Positions 29,232 to 40,900 of a stretch of 64,000 nucleotides of DNA are shown here, one piece after another (the first letter of the stretch is position 1; every line of letters starts with the position of its first letter). The DNA is from Patescibacteria group bacterium. GTDB taxonomy: Bacteria; Patescibacteriota; Minisyncoccia; Phycocordibacterales; UBA9973. The notes below the pieces were generated by a model. The model worked only from the letters and a program-made list of their open reading frames with translations, was not told the origin of the DNA and searched no databases. A program made the translations under genes and the position numbers. The stretch covers positions 21,570-85,569 of the forward strand of contig JBBTUV010000001.1 in the NCBI GenBank assembly GCA_038063535.1. Direction: 5' to 3'.

Positions 29232-30548
29232 ATGCGACGAAACAGAGGCTTCACTCTGCTTGAGACGCTCGTCGGGAGCTTCGTTTTTCTCGTTGTCGCG
29301 CTGGCCGCCTATCGCGCTTTCGGGACGCTCATGGACGCGGTCGCCGCTTCCCAGTCGAAAGTCGCGGCCTCGGCGCTCGCGAACGAACAATTTGAGATAA
29401 TCCGTAATCTCCCCTATACTGACGTCGGCATCGTGGCGGGACTTCCGGCCGGGAAAGTACCAAGAGAGCAAGCGCTCGTGCGCGACGGTTATTCTTTCTC
29501 TGTTTTGACTACTATCCGCAGTTCCGACGACCCTTTCGATGGCACGATCGGAGGCAATCCGAGCGATACCTCCCCGGCGGACTACAAACTCGCGGATCTC
29601 GACATCACTTGCAACAATTGCAAGATCTTCACTCCGCTTAAGTTCACGACTCTGGTCGCTCCAAGAGCGCTTGAAACCGCAAGCTCAAATGGCGCGCTTT
29701 TCATCCAAGTTTATGATTCGGCGGGAGCGCCAGTACCCGATGCTTCCGTTCACATAGTAAACACCCAAACTGATCCGGACACGATTATCGACGAAGTCAC
29801 AGATAGCGGGGGCTGGTTGAAAATAGTTGACGCTCCGCCGGGAACGAACGCGTACAACATTTCCGCGACCAAGGCCGGGTACACCCTCGAGCAAACCTAC
29901 CCTTACGGAGGCGGAGCCGGACCCGACCCGATAAAGCCGGACTCGACCGTCGTCCTCCAGCAAGTCACGCAGATCGGATTTCAGATTGACCGGGAAAGTT
30001 CCCTCTCGGTTACCACTGTCGACGGAACCTGTGTGGCCCTCCCCTCCGTCGGATTCTCCTTGACCGGGACCAAGTTGATCGGTAATCCTTCGGTCCTAAA
30101 ATATCCGACCCAGAATTTCACCACCGACGCATCCGGGGCCTATTCGCTCTCGGATATGGAATGGGATACTTACGGCGTGCTTCTGACGAGCGGTACCTAC
30201 GACCTCGCCGGAACCTCGCTTCTGCCCAGCTTCGCATTAAATCCGAACGAAAATAAAGTTTTGCAGTTAGTGGCTGTCCCGCATGCAAGCTACGCGCTTC
30301 TGGTCACGGTAAAGGACTCGCAGAACGCTCCGATAAACGGCGCGACGGTGCACCTGGAGAAATCGGGATTCGATGAGACAAAAATCGCCGGGAGCGGTCC
30401 TTGCTCAACTCCAGGGCAGGTCTTCTGGAACGGACTTACAAGCGGCTCCTACACGCTTACTGTCTCCTACGCCGGCTACCAAGATTCCGTAAGCACGGTC
30501 GACATGTCCAGCGCTTGGCAAGAAAGGACGATAACTCTCAATCCCTAG
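29232..30548 (+). CDS. Type IV minor pilin-like protein with carboxypeptidase-regulatory-like domains
   Basis: Prepilin site RG/FTLLETLV, followed by beta-sandwich repeats. Confidence 0.85.
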   Translation: MRRNRGFTLLETLVGSFVFLVVALAAYRAFGTLMDAVAASQSKVAASALANEQFEIIRNLPYTDVGIVAGLPAGKVPREQALVRDGYSFSVLTTIRSSDDPFDGTIGGNPSDTSPADYKLADLDITCNNCKIFTPLKFTTLVAPRALETASSNGALFIQVYDSAGAPVPDASVHIVNTQTDPDTIIDEVTDSGGWLKIVDAPPGTNAYNISATKAGYTLEQTYPYGGGAGPDPIKPDSTVVLQQVTQIGFQIDRESSLSVTTVDGTCVALPSVGFSLTGTKLIGNPSVLKYPTQNFTTDASGAYSLSDMEWDTYGVLLTSGTYDLAGTSLLPSFALNPNENKVLQLVAVPHASYALLVTVKDSQNAPINGATVHLEKSGFDETKIAGSGPCSTPGQVFWNGLTSGSYTLTVSYAGYQDSVSTVDMSSAWQERTITLNP

Positions 30549-30550
30549 CC

Positions 30551-31153
30551 ATGAAACTCCGCCATAAAAAAGGATTCGCTCTTATTGAAACCCTTTTTGC
30601 CGTTTCGATCTTTGTCCTCATCGTGATCGCGCTCGGGATGCTTGCAAGGAATATCTGGATTTACAGCTCCTACGTCTCGACCGGGCTTTCCGATTCTATA
30701 AACGGCAGGCGCGCACTCAAGCTCATGACCGCGGAGATCCGTACCGCTTCCACCGCCGATACTGGCGTCTACACGATCGCAGTCGCATCCGGAAATTCTT
30801 TCACTTTTTACTCCGATATCGACGGCGATGTGCTCAAGGAAAAAGTGAGATACTTTCTCGCCGGCGCGAACTTGCAAAAGGGAGTGACCAAGCCCACTGG
30901 CTCTCCGCTCTCTTACAATCCGGCAAATGAGGTTATCTCAACTCTGATCGGAAACGTGACAAGCGCGAACATTTTCAGCTATTACGACGAGAACTACGAC
31001 GGAACTACGGCGGCGCTTTCTTTCCCGGTTAACATCGCTCTTATCCGGCTCGTGAAGATCACTTTCACTACCGACAAAGACCCGAACCGTGAGCCCGCTC
31101 CCTCGACTTTCACCACTCAAGTTTCCATACGCAATCTTAAAGACAACCTATAA
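30551..31153 (+). CDS. Type IV minor pilin
   Basis: KG/FALIETL prepilin site; start at ATG 30551. Confidence 0.85.
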   Translation: MKLRHKKGFALIETLFAVSIFVLIVIALGMLARNIWIYSSYVSTGLSDSINGRRALKLMTAEIRTASTADTGVYTIAVASGNSFTFYSDIDGDVLKEKVRYFLAGANLQKGVTKPTGSPLSYNPANEVISTLIGNVTSANIFSYYDENYDGTTAALSFPVNIALIRLVKITFTTDKDPNREPAPSTFTTQVSIRNLKDNL

Positions 31154-32607
31154 TGAAATGCTCAATTTACAATTTTCGATTTTCAAAGCGGAATCGAGGG
31201 ATGATAATCGTGCAGACGCTCGTGTTTGCAAGCATAGTCGTTGTGATCATGGCGGCGCTGGCGAGCTATTCCGCGACCGCCATCCGCACGGGTAGAACCG
31301 CCTTCAACCGCGAGCAGGCGCTGCAGGCGGCAGAAGCCGGCATCGACTACTATCGATGGCACCTCGCGCACGCCCCGAGCGATTACCAAGACGGTACCGG
31401 TGGGGCCGGGCCGTACATTCACGACCTAAAGAATCGGAGCGGAACGACGGTGGCTGAATTTTCCTTGGATATCACCGCGCCGCCCGTCGGCTCGACTATC
31501 GTAAAGATAGAATCGACCGGTGCTTCTTCTGCCGACCCGAGTTACGTACGAAAAGTGGAGAGCTCCGTCGCCAAGCCTTCGATCGCTAAATATGCGGTCG
31601 CCGGTAACAACGCTTTCCGTTTCGGCACTGGCACGGAGGTTTTTGGACCGATCCACGTGAACGGCGGCATCCGCTTCGACGGGCTGGCACACAATTTGGT
31701 CACAAGCGGCACGACCAGCTACACCGATACTGACTATGACGCTTGCACCGGCGCAAACTCTTACGGTGTGCACACCTGTGTTTCCCCGGCCGACCCGACT
31801 TACCCCACCGCTCTGCCGGTGCGTCAGGATGTTTTCGAAGCCGGACGCCTGATCAGCCAGCCGACCATAGATTTCGGAGGATTCACTACCGACCTTGCGA
31901 CTCTAAAGAGCGACGCTATCGCAAACGGCTTTTACCGGGATGTCGCCGGATCGGGATACGTCGGTTATCATATGGTGCTAAAGACGAACGATACTTTTGA
32001 TCTCTATAAGATTAATTCCTGGGCGAGCTTGGGAAGCTGCTCAAGCTCTCCTTCCGGCACTCTGAGCTGGAGCGTGGGCGCACAAACGCTCGAGGGTAAT
32101 TTTCCCTTCCCTTCGAACGGAATAATCTTCATCGAAGACCATGTGGTAGTGGACGGACAGATCAATGGCGCCAGGCTTACCATTACAGCCGCGGACCTCC
32201 CGGTTCCTTCCAACCCGAACAATTATAAAAACATTCTGACCAATAATGACCTCTCTTACACCAATTATGACGGGTCGGATTCAATCGGATTGATCGCCCA
32301 AGGCGGAGTGATGGTGGGGCTCCAGAGTGAGAACGATCTTAAGATTGATGCGGCTCTGGTCGCTCAAAACGGAAGAGTGGGAAGATTTTACTATTACGGC
32401 TCGAGTTGCACCAACAAGACCCGCTCCATCATTTCCCTCTACGGCATGATCGCTTCCTATTCCCGATACGGCTTTGCCTACACCGACGGGACCGGCTACG
32501 TGACCCGCAGCATCACTTACGATGCGAACCTTCTCTATGCCCCGCCTCCTTCTTTCCCGCTCACTTCGAGCCAATACGAGATACTCTCCTGGCAAGAAGT
32601 GAAATAA
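31153..32607 (+). CDS. PilX-like minor pilin
   Basis: RG/MIIVQ (no Glu5), ALQAAEAGID, ends SWQE. Confidence 0.8.
   Translation: MKCSIYNFRFSKRNRGMIIVQTLVFASIVVVIMAALASYSATAIRTGRTAFNREQALQAAEAGIDYYRWHLAHAPSDYQDGTGGAGPYIHDLKNRSGTTVAEFSLDITAPPVGSTIVKIESTGASSADPSYVRKVESSVAKPSIAKYAVAGNNAFRFGTGTEVFGPIHVNGGIRFDGLAHNLVTSGTTSYTDTDYDACTGANSYGVHTCVSPADPTYPTALPVRQDVFEAGRLISQPTIDFGGFTTDLATLKSDAIANGFYRDVAGSGYVGYHMVLKTNDTFDLYKINSWASLGSCSSSPSGTLSWSVGAQTLEGNFPFPSNGIIFIEDHVVVDGQINGARLTITAADLPVPSNPNNYKNILTNNDLSYTNYDGSDSIGLIAQGGVMVGLQSENDLKIDAALVAQNGRVGRFYYYGSSCTNKTRSIISLYGMIASYSRYGFAYTDGTGYVTRSITYDANLLYAPPPSFPLTSSQYEILSWQEVK
31163..31186 (+). repeat. Heptamer tandem repeat in the PilX-like leader peptide
   Basis: CAATTTA CAATTTT CGATTTT CAA. 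Confidence 0.6.
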
Positions 32608-33825
32608 CTATTGGATCTGGTTCAAGACCGAGTAGAGAGGCGAGATCATCGAAATCGCGAAGAACCCGACCGCGGCGCCGATCACTATCATAAGCAGAGG
32701 CTCGATGATAGTGGAGAGATTTTTCGTCCTATTTTCGATCTCCTCCTCGTAAAAGGCGGCGACTTGAAGTAGCATATCCGAGAGCTTGCCCGTTTCTTCC
32801 CCAACCTCGATCATCTCTGACATCATGATAGGGTAAAGATGGGTGTTTTCCTCAAAAGTCTTTGAGAATGACGACCCCTTCTCCACTGCCGTTTTCGCCT
32901 CTCGGAGCACTTTTTTGTAGTAAATGTTCTGAACTACGTCCTCAGTTATCTCAATTGCACGGGTAATCGGAACTCCAGCCAAAAGGAGCGAGGACATGGT
33001 ACGGGTGGTCCGGGCGGTGTTAAGCTCTTTTGCCAAGTTACCGATCACTGGGAGATGCACCGTAAGAAAGTCAATATATTTTCTGAGAAAGGGCGCTCGC
33101 AGGAGCGCTACCATGCCGAGCGATCCAAGAATAATGATAAGAAAGGTGATCACCAGGTGCTCGGAGAAAAAGTTCCCCATCCAGATGATCGCTTGGGTGG
33201 ACTTCGGAAGCGTCACCCCGAGCTCCTTGAAGGTGCTCGCAAGCGTGGGCACCACGAAAGCGAACATGAGTACCCCGATGATCACCATCGCGGAGAGTAT
33301 CACCCCGGGATAGACCAGTGCGCCGTGGATCTTTTTGTTAAGAGAGTGCGCTTTTTCAAGGTTGCCGCCGATATCAGTGAGTGCACCGGCTAGGTTCCCC
33401 GACTCTTCCCCGGCCCGCACCATCGAGACGAAGAGCGCAGAGTAGACTTTGGGAAATTTGGCAAGTGCAGTGGAAAAAGGCTCACCGGTGTTTATATCGT
33501 TCGCAAGCGACTTCAAAATCTTCTGAAGCGCGGCGTTTTTTGTCTGCTTCTCCAAGACCGCGATCGCCCGTGCGAGGGAGAGCCCCGCCCGAAGCATTCC
33601 GCTCAGATTCTTGCAGAAAAGAATGAGCTCCGCCTTACTGATATGTCCGAGGGCGCTTTTGAGAAGCGCCGCGAAGTCGAGGCTATGCGCCCCTTTCTCT
33701 TTGATCGATATGGGAGTCGAGCCCCTTGAACGCAGTTCTTTGGCAAGCGTAAATCGGTCGATCGATTCTAAGAGCCCTGTATAGACTTCTCCGGTTTTTG
33801 ATTGAGCTTTGTAAGCAAAAAGCAT
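32608..33825 (-). CDS. pilC: Type IV pilus platform protein PilC (GspF family)
   Basis: AGEESGNL, VGEETGKL, IEPLL, three TM segments. Confidence 0.95.
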   Translation of the reverse strand: MLFAYKAQSKTGEVYTGLLESIDRFTLAKELRSRGSTPISIKEKGAHSLDFAALLKSALGHISKAELILFCKNLSGMLRAGLSLARAIAVLEKQTKNAALQKILKSLANDINTGEPFSTALAKFPKVYSALFVSMVRAGEESGNLAGALTDIGGNLEKAHSLNKKIHGALVYPGVILSAMVIIGVLMFAFVVPTLASTFKELGVTLPKSTQAIIWMGNFFSEHLVITFLIIILGSLGMVALLRAPFLRKYIDFLTVHLPVIGNLAKELNTARTTRTMSSLLLAGVPITRAIEITEDVVQNIYYKKVLREAKTAVEKGSSFSKTFEENTHLYPIMMSEMIEVGEETGKLSDMLLQVAAFYEEEIENRTKNLSTIIEPLLMIVIGAAVGFFAISMISPLYSVLNQIQ

Positions 33826-33828
33826 ATC

Positions 33829-35562
<1,734 letters not shown>

Positions 35563-35627
35563 TACTTCTTATTATAACAAAAAAAATCCCAAGATAGGGA
35601 TTAAAAAATCTGATATAAAATACAAAT

Positions 35628-35657
35628 CCCCTTTTCCTGCACTGCATGGAAAAGGGG
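35628..35657 (-). terminator. Hairpin terminator downstream of the small ORF
   Basis: CCCCTTTTCC...GGAAAAGGGG, followed by T-rich sequence on the minus strand. Confidence 0.6.
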
Positions 35658-35686
35658 GCGTCTTTGATTCTTTTTTGAGACCTCTC

Positions 35687-35836
35687 CTATGGCCACAACT
35701 TCATGGTCCATAGGGCAATCTCGTCGGCAAACACATGCACCAGCGTAAAGCCGGTGCCCAACGCCAGGGCGCAGAGCCCTGTGAACTCTAGAGGTCTGTC
35801 TTCGTACAACCTTTCGACCTTTTCCCAAATTCTCAT
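35687..35836 (-). CDS. 49-aa hydrophobic microprotein
   Basis: TTGACT-18-TATAAT promoter (35878-35907), GGAGGT 6 nt before ATG 35836, downstream hairpin; alternative start at 35869. Confidence 0.5.
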   Translation of the reverse strand: MRIWEKVERLYEDRPLEFTGLCALALGTGFTLVHVFADEIALWTMKLWP

Positions 35837-35932
35837 CGAGCCACCTCCAGTTGGGTTGCCTCCTACCATCTCCTTGCATTATATCACACTTGATATACAA
35901 AAGTCAATAGGCAAAAGCCTTTATTTTGCAAC

Positions 35933-35960
35933 GAAAAAAGCGACTTATGTCGCTTTTTTC
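35933..35960. terminator. Bidirectional intrinsic terminator
   Basis: GAAAAAAGCGAC-TTAT-GTCGCTTTTTTC. Confidence 0.85.
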
Positions 35961-35978
35961 TCTAAACGGCATTGCTAG

Positions 35979-37955
35979 CTATCTAGCGTACTCTGCCAAG
36001 ATTTTTGCTAATAATTCTTTTTGCCAGACAGCGGGGGTTTCGCTAGCAATATCAGAATCAGGAAGTTGTTGCACGTTGGGTGACCCATTTGCTTCTATGG
36101 ATTTAATCAGTGCCAAGGTATCAACTCGCCACCCATCGCTTACTATCAAAGTTTCGGGCGCCATCATATACAGCTTATACTGCGCGGTATTTCTAAGTTG
36201 TGAAGCGTCCCATAATATCGGCTGTTTATCCCATTGACCAGTCCCCAATGAACCGGGAGCCCTGCGAGCCGCCTCATTTACTTCTATATAAAAAGGAAGG
36301 TCACGCCAGTTTGTCGGAACTGGGTTTGATGCTGGTCCACTTCCCCAAGCACTCCACGTTAGGAAGAGCACACGCCAAAATTTACCAGTCGATGGCTGTA
36401 CGTACAGATTCCAGTATCGGACAGCAACAGTACCCGGAAAAGATGGGTCAACTGCTGTTTCCGCTCGGGTTCCCAAGAAACGCCACTCACTTGGGTCGCT
36501 TGGTAGATATTGAATATCCTTTTTTAAAAACGAGCCCAGTGGACCCCCTATAACAGCTGTTCCAGTATTGGCAAGCATGTATTCCATGGACGGAAGAGAA
36601 AGAGATCCATCGGGAGTTGTGTCAGTTATTTTTATCAAATAATTTTCCGCACTCCAGCCGTCCGGCGCGTTCACGTAATCCACGTTCCACCAAGTATATC
36701 CGCCTGTGGTAACTGGGGGCAGGGGCATGATAGTGCCCCGGCTTCCTGCATTTTGGACTCCGAGGATCGAGCCATTGGCCGCGCTTCGAGCGTTGAGGTT
36801 CACCATAGTTTGCATCATGTCTCCGGCTTGGAATTTAGCGGGGGCGGAAGGGGGTGGCGGGGGAATGGGGTCAGGTCCGCCGGTTAGCGGAGGGCTTGCA
36901 ACTCCCGCCGGAGAATTTATATCCGCTCCACCGATGCTTGATGCAGAAACCCAACCAACCAGTGTCCCGCCCGTGGGGGCAGTGAAGTTTACTTCGAACC
37001 ATGCGCCAGTCAGTTCTTGCCCGACCACCGTGCCGCGCACGCCTGCAGGGTATGTCGTAAGTGGCGTAGCGTTTGCCCCGGCATCACTTCGAACGGTAGT
37101 TGAAGTCTTTGTCTCAACGTAGTCCCCTACTCGGAATTGCCACGCCGTAGCGCCGGCCGGAGGACTATAGGGAGAATAAGGAGTACCTGTCGTGTTTAAG
37201 CTTGTTCCCGGGCAGCGCTGTCCCGTCATGCCGCTGTAAAGATCTCCCGGAGCGCAATTTCTTGGAGGGGCGGCCGGCGGTGGCGGAGGAGGGGCAGGTG
37301 GGGGCGGTGGGGGCAGTGCAGACGGAGTCCCCGAAGCGCATCCGTAGGTAACTCCGTTTGCTGCATCCTGTTGCGAAGGGCGCAGAAGTGATAATCTTGT
37401 CCAGTCATTCAAGCTTCCAATTATTGCAGTCCAGGTCGAAGGCCCCCATATTCCAGAAGCAAAACCCCCGAAACTAAGCGAGAAGGCTTCGCCCTTCGCC
37501 TCGCGATATTGCCTCGCAGTTGCAAGTAAAGTAGCTTCATTACCATTGATACGACTTAGCTCGTCCGCATAGAGAGGCCACTGCTGGAGAGACACTCCGG
37601 TCTGCACTCCGTTGACTGACGGTAGCCATCCATCGATTGGCTCGCTTTGAGTAATCTCTCTGGTCAGAAGTGGTGAGGGCAAATTCTGCCACCCTTCGTA
37701 AGAAAGCTGGCCGTTTGAGAAAGAGAAGTGGCGATAGCCGTTCAGTTGATGAACTGTCACGCCCGGGACTGATTGGGAAGTATATTTGGTTTGGTAGGCA
37801 AATTGCACCCCTCGATAAACTTTCACAGAGCCGTCAGGACAAAGCGAAACGGGGGCCGTCTGCGCATGCGCCGCCTGTCCCGAGAACAGAAGGGCGAGGG
37901 CTAAAATCCCAATTGTTAATTTAGTGTTCACTTTATAAACTTTATAACTTTCCAC
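35979..37955 (-). CDS. Secreted protein with Pro-rich linkers and two SH3b-like domains
   Basis: Signal peptide ending AHA; FRVGDYVET...VRSDAG...GWVS and FQAGD...LNARS...WWNV...GWS. Confidence 0.75.
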   Translation of the reverse strand: MESYKVYKVNTKLTIGILALALLFSGQAAHAQTAPVSLCPDGSVKVYRGVQFAYQTKYTSQSVPGVTVHQLNGYRHFSFSNGQLSYEGWQNLPSPLLTREITQSEPIDGWLPSVNGVQTGVSLQQWPLYADELSRINGNEATLLATARQYREAKGEAFSLSFGGFASGIWGPSTWTAIIGSLNDWTRLSLLRPSQQDAANGVTYGCASGTPSALPPPPPPAPPPPPPAAPPRNCAPGDLYSGMTGQRCPGTSLNTTGTPYSPYSPPAGATAWQFRVGDYVETKTSTTVRSDAGANATPLTTYPAGVRGTVVGQELTGAWFEVNFTAPTGGTLVGWVSASSIGGADINSPAGVASPPLTGGPDPIPPPPPSAPAKFQAGDMMQTMVNLNARSAANGSILGVQNAGSRGTIMPLPPVTTGGYTWWNVDYVNAPDGWSAENYLIKITDTTPDGSLSLPSMEYMLANTGTAVIGGPLGSFLKKDIQYLPSDPSEWRFLGTRAETAVDPSFPGTVAVRYWNLYVQPSTGKFWRVLFLTWSAWGSGPASNPVPTNWRDLPFYIEVNEAARRAPGSLGTGQWDKQPILWDASQLRNTAQYKLYMMAPETLIVSDGWRVDTLALIKSIEANGSPNVQQLPDSDIASETPAVWQKELLAKILAEYAR

Positions 37956-37967
37956 TTTGAACTTCCC

Positions 37968-40900
37968 CTAGTCTTCGATAAATCCGGGCACCCGGTAGAC
38001 CGGCAGAGTCGAAACTCCGATGGAAGTAGTGCAATTTGCATTGCCTGTTGCGCCAAGCGAGTCAGTGACGACGACGGAGAGCGACTTTTGTCCGGAGGTT
38101 GTGTAAGTCTTATAGAACGGGTTCCCTGTTCCCCCTGAAACATCCGTGCCGTTCCAGACATACGATGGATAGACACCACTCCCGCCCGAAGCGCTCGCCG
38201 TCCATGTCACCTGCTGATTGATGAGCGCCGAAGCGATGCCCGTAGAACAGGAGACAGAGAGCCCCGCAAGATTGGTCTCGTCATTGTCGCTTCCGTTCGC
38301 ACAACCCGGGTCGGCAAGGTCGACAAGCGTGTCCTCTGGGTCGGTGTTGTCAATACCGTCGGAACATTGCGGCGGGTTTGCTTCATCGGGATCCGATATG
38401 CTTGAACAGCTTGGGTCACTCGGGTAATCGGTATTGCCGTCGCCGTCGTTATCGGAGCCGTCGGAACACTGAGGGTTAGGGCTTTCAGTTGGGTCGCTTG
38501 CGTTCGTGCAGCCTGGGTCATTCGGGTAATCGGTCCAGGCGTCGGCGTCGTTGTTGGAGACATCAGAGCACTCGGGCGGCGGGGCGACAGCGGAAACCGT
38601 CACATTCGTCCAGGGAGAAGAGCAGTTGTTGCCTTCATTCGATTCGGCGATCAGGCCAGCGGCAGGCGTCATATCCATGTCGAGATCAGCGCACAGACGG
38701 ACGGAGTAGGTTCCAGCCGAAGTAAAGTTGTGGGAGGAGGAAGTCGCGCCCGCGCTTGTGGCTCCGCCAAGAGCCAACATATTGTTCTGGCTTATCGCCG
38801 TAAATACCGGGCTTCCGCCGTTTGCCGAGTTCGAGAGCTGGAAGAAGTTTAGGAATGAAGCTCCGGTCCCTGAGCAGCCGCCGTTCGTGACCGTTCCGGT
38901 GAACTGTTGGCCGACCCCGACCGTGGCGGTTGTCGGAGAGACACCTCCCAGGACTGTGAGATCAATTCCCGGAGTGCACCCAGCAGCGCCGGTGGCAAAT
39001 GTCGTATTACTCGTGTAGCCCGTACCGGTTGTGTTGGTAGCGTAGCCGCGGTAGTTGTAGGTAGTGCTAGCGGAAAGTCCTGAAACACCTGCGGTGAATG
39101 CGCTCGGCACGGTTTGGGACAGGGCGGCAGTCACGCATGTGCCGCCGTTAAGCCCCCCGAGTCCGGGGTTAGCCAATGTGCCATAACAAACTCCGCGGGC
39201 GGAAATCAAAGCTGGAACGCCAAGAGAAGTAACGGTAGCCCCGAGAGTGGCGGAACTGGAGGTAATAGCTGAAGAAGTCGGAGTGGTGACGGTGGGAATG
39301 ACATTGGTCGCGCAGATTGTTCCATTCCAGCCAGTGCCCGAAGTGCAGGAAGCGGTAATAGTGAGACCACCTCCACTGGGAGAAGTAGGATACAGTGATT
39401 TGGTGTTGTTGTTGAGGAAGAATGTTCTGGAGCTGTAAGGAATGATGACACCCGCTTTGGTGCCCGAGTCTACGGTCCCGGTGGTTACCAGAGGAGCAAT
39501 AATGAAATTGGGAGAGGCAGCTCCAGTGTCGTTGGTGTTGCTGGTGACATTAGATCCAAGCACAACTTCAGGATTAGTTACCGTCCAAGAAAGAGTTGTG
39601 GTACAACTGCTTGCGTTAAGAAGGATGATGCAGTTGGGACCGGAGAGGGTGCCGGACATGACGAGGGCATTCGACACCGTCACTTGCATATCATCAGTAC
39701 CCGTTGCCCCATTGTTGTCAGTTGCCGTTAGACGGAAAATATATGAACCCGCTGTCGTCATGTTACTAAACGACGGAGTCAGAGTTCCACCATTGGTGAT
39801 GGTTGGGATCGGTCCGGGTCCAGAGATGAAAGACCAGACGGTGGTAGAAATCGTACCGGGTGCGGTGTCGGTGGCGGAAGTGCTGGTGGGAGCGCTGGTG
39901 GAAGTAGGAAGAGTGATAGGTTTGTCTGGGCCGGCGTTGGCAACAGGCGGGATGTTGGCACAGAGCGCTCCGCTCCAGGCAGTGCCGGCGGTGCAGGTCG
40001 CAACGGCGGTATCGCCGGAGAGAAATTGCGAGTTGTTGTAGAGCTCAAAAAGCCGAGTGCCGTTTGGACTCCCGCCGAAGACGGGAGCAGTGGTCGAGCC
40101 GGAATTTCCAGTTGCTACTAGAAAGTTGGGAGACGAAGCACCACTGTTATTCTTATTGCTGGTAACCGACGAAGTCGCCACTGGATTAGTCGTGCTCCAG
40201 GAGAGGCTCGAGGTGCAGCTTGAGGCACCGGAGGTAATGGTGCAGTCGGAAGCGGAGAGCGTGCCGGACATGACAGGCGCCGGGTTCACCGTAACCGCCA
40301 CCCAGGAAGCGGAGCAGTTGTTGCCTTCGTTGGATTCGCCGATGGTGCCGTCGGTCATGGACCCGTTGTTGTCGGCGCAAACCCGGACATACCAAGTGCC
40401 GGATGACGGAAATGTATATGAGGAGGATGTGCCAGCTGATCCCGACGCTGCAAGCGGACCGATACTTGCGGAAGTCTGACCGGCATAAACGGTGCTGTGA
40501 TCAGCATCATTGTCGAATTGAAATGCGTTGGTGAAAGAAGAGCCGGTTGAGGCATTGCCATTATTGGTGATAGTGGAGCTGAAGGTTGTGGAAGAGCCCG
40601 CGGTTGCAGAGGTCGGCGTCGGCGCGCCCGCGACAAGGTCCGGCGCTGGGCAGGCAACAGTTGTGAATGTTCCATCAGAAGAATAGCCTATGAGCCCATC
40701 TGAATTAATAGCGTAGCCGCGGTATCGGTAAGTGGTGCCGCAAGACATCCCCGTTCGAACGTGTGAAAAAGCGCTGACTGCAGTTCCACCTTCAGCCAAC
40801 TGATTGCCAGTCGGTGATGGCGAAGTCCCCCATACAGTTCCGCGCGCGGTAAGGGCACAGCCACCATTTGAGGTTACGGTCGCTCCAAGAGTTGCACCTG

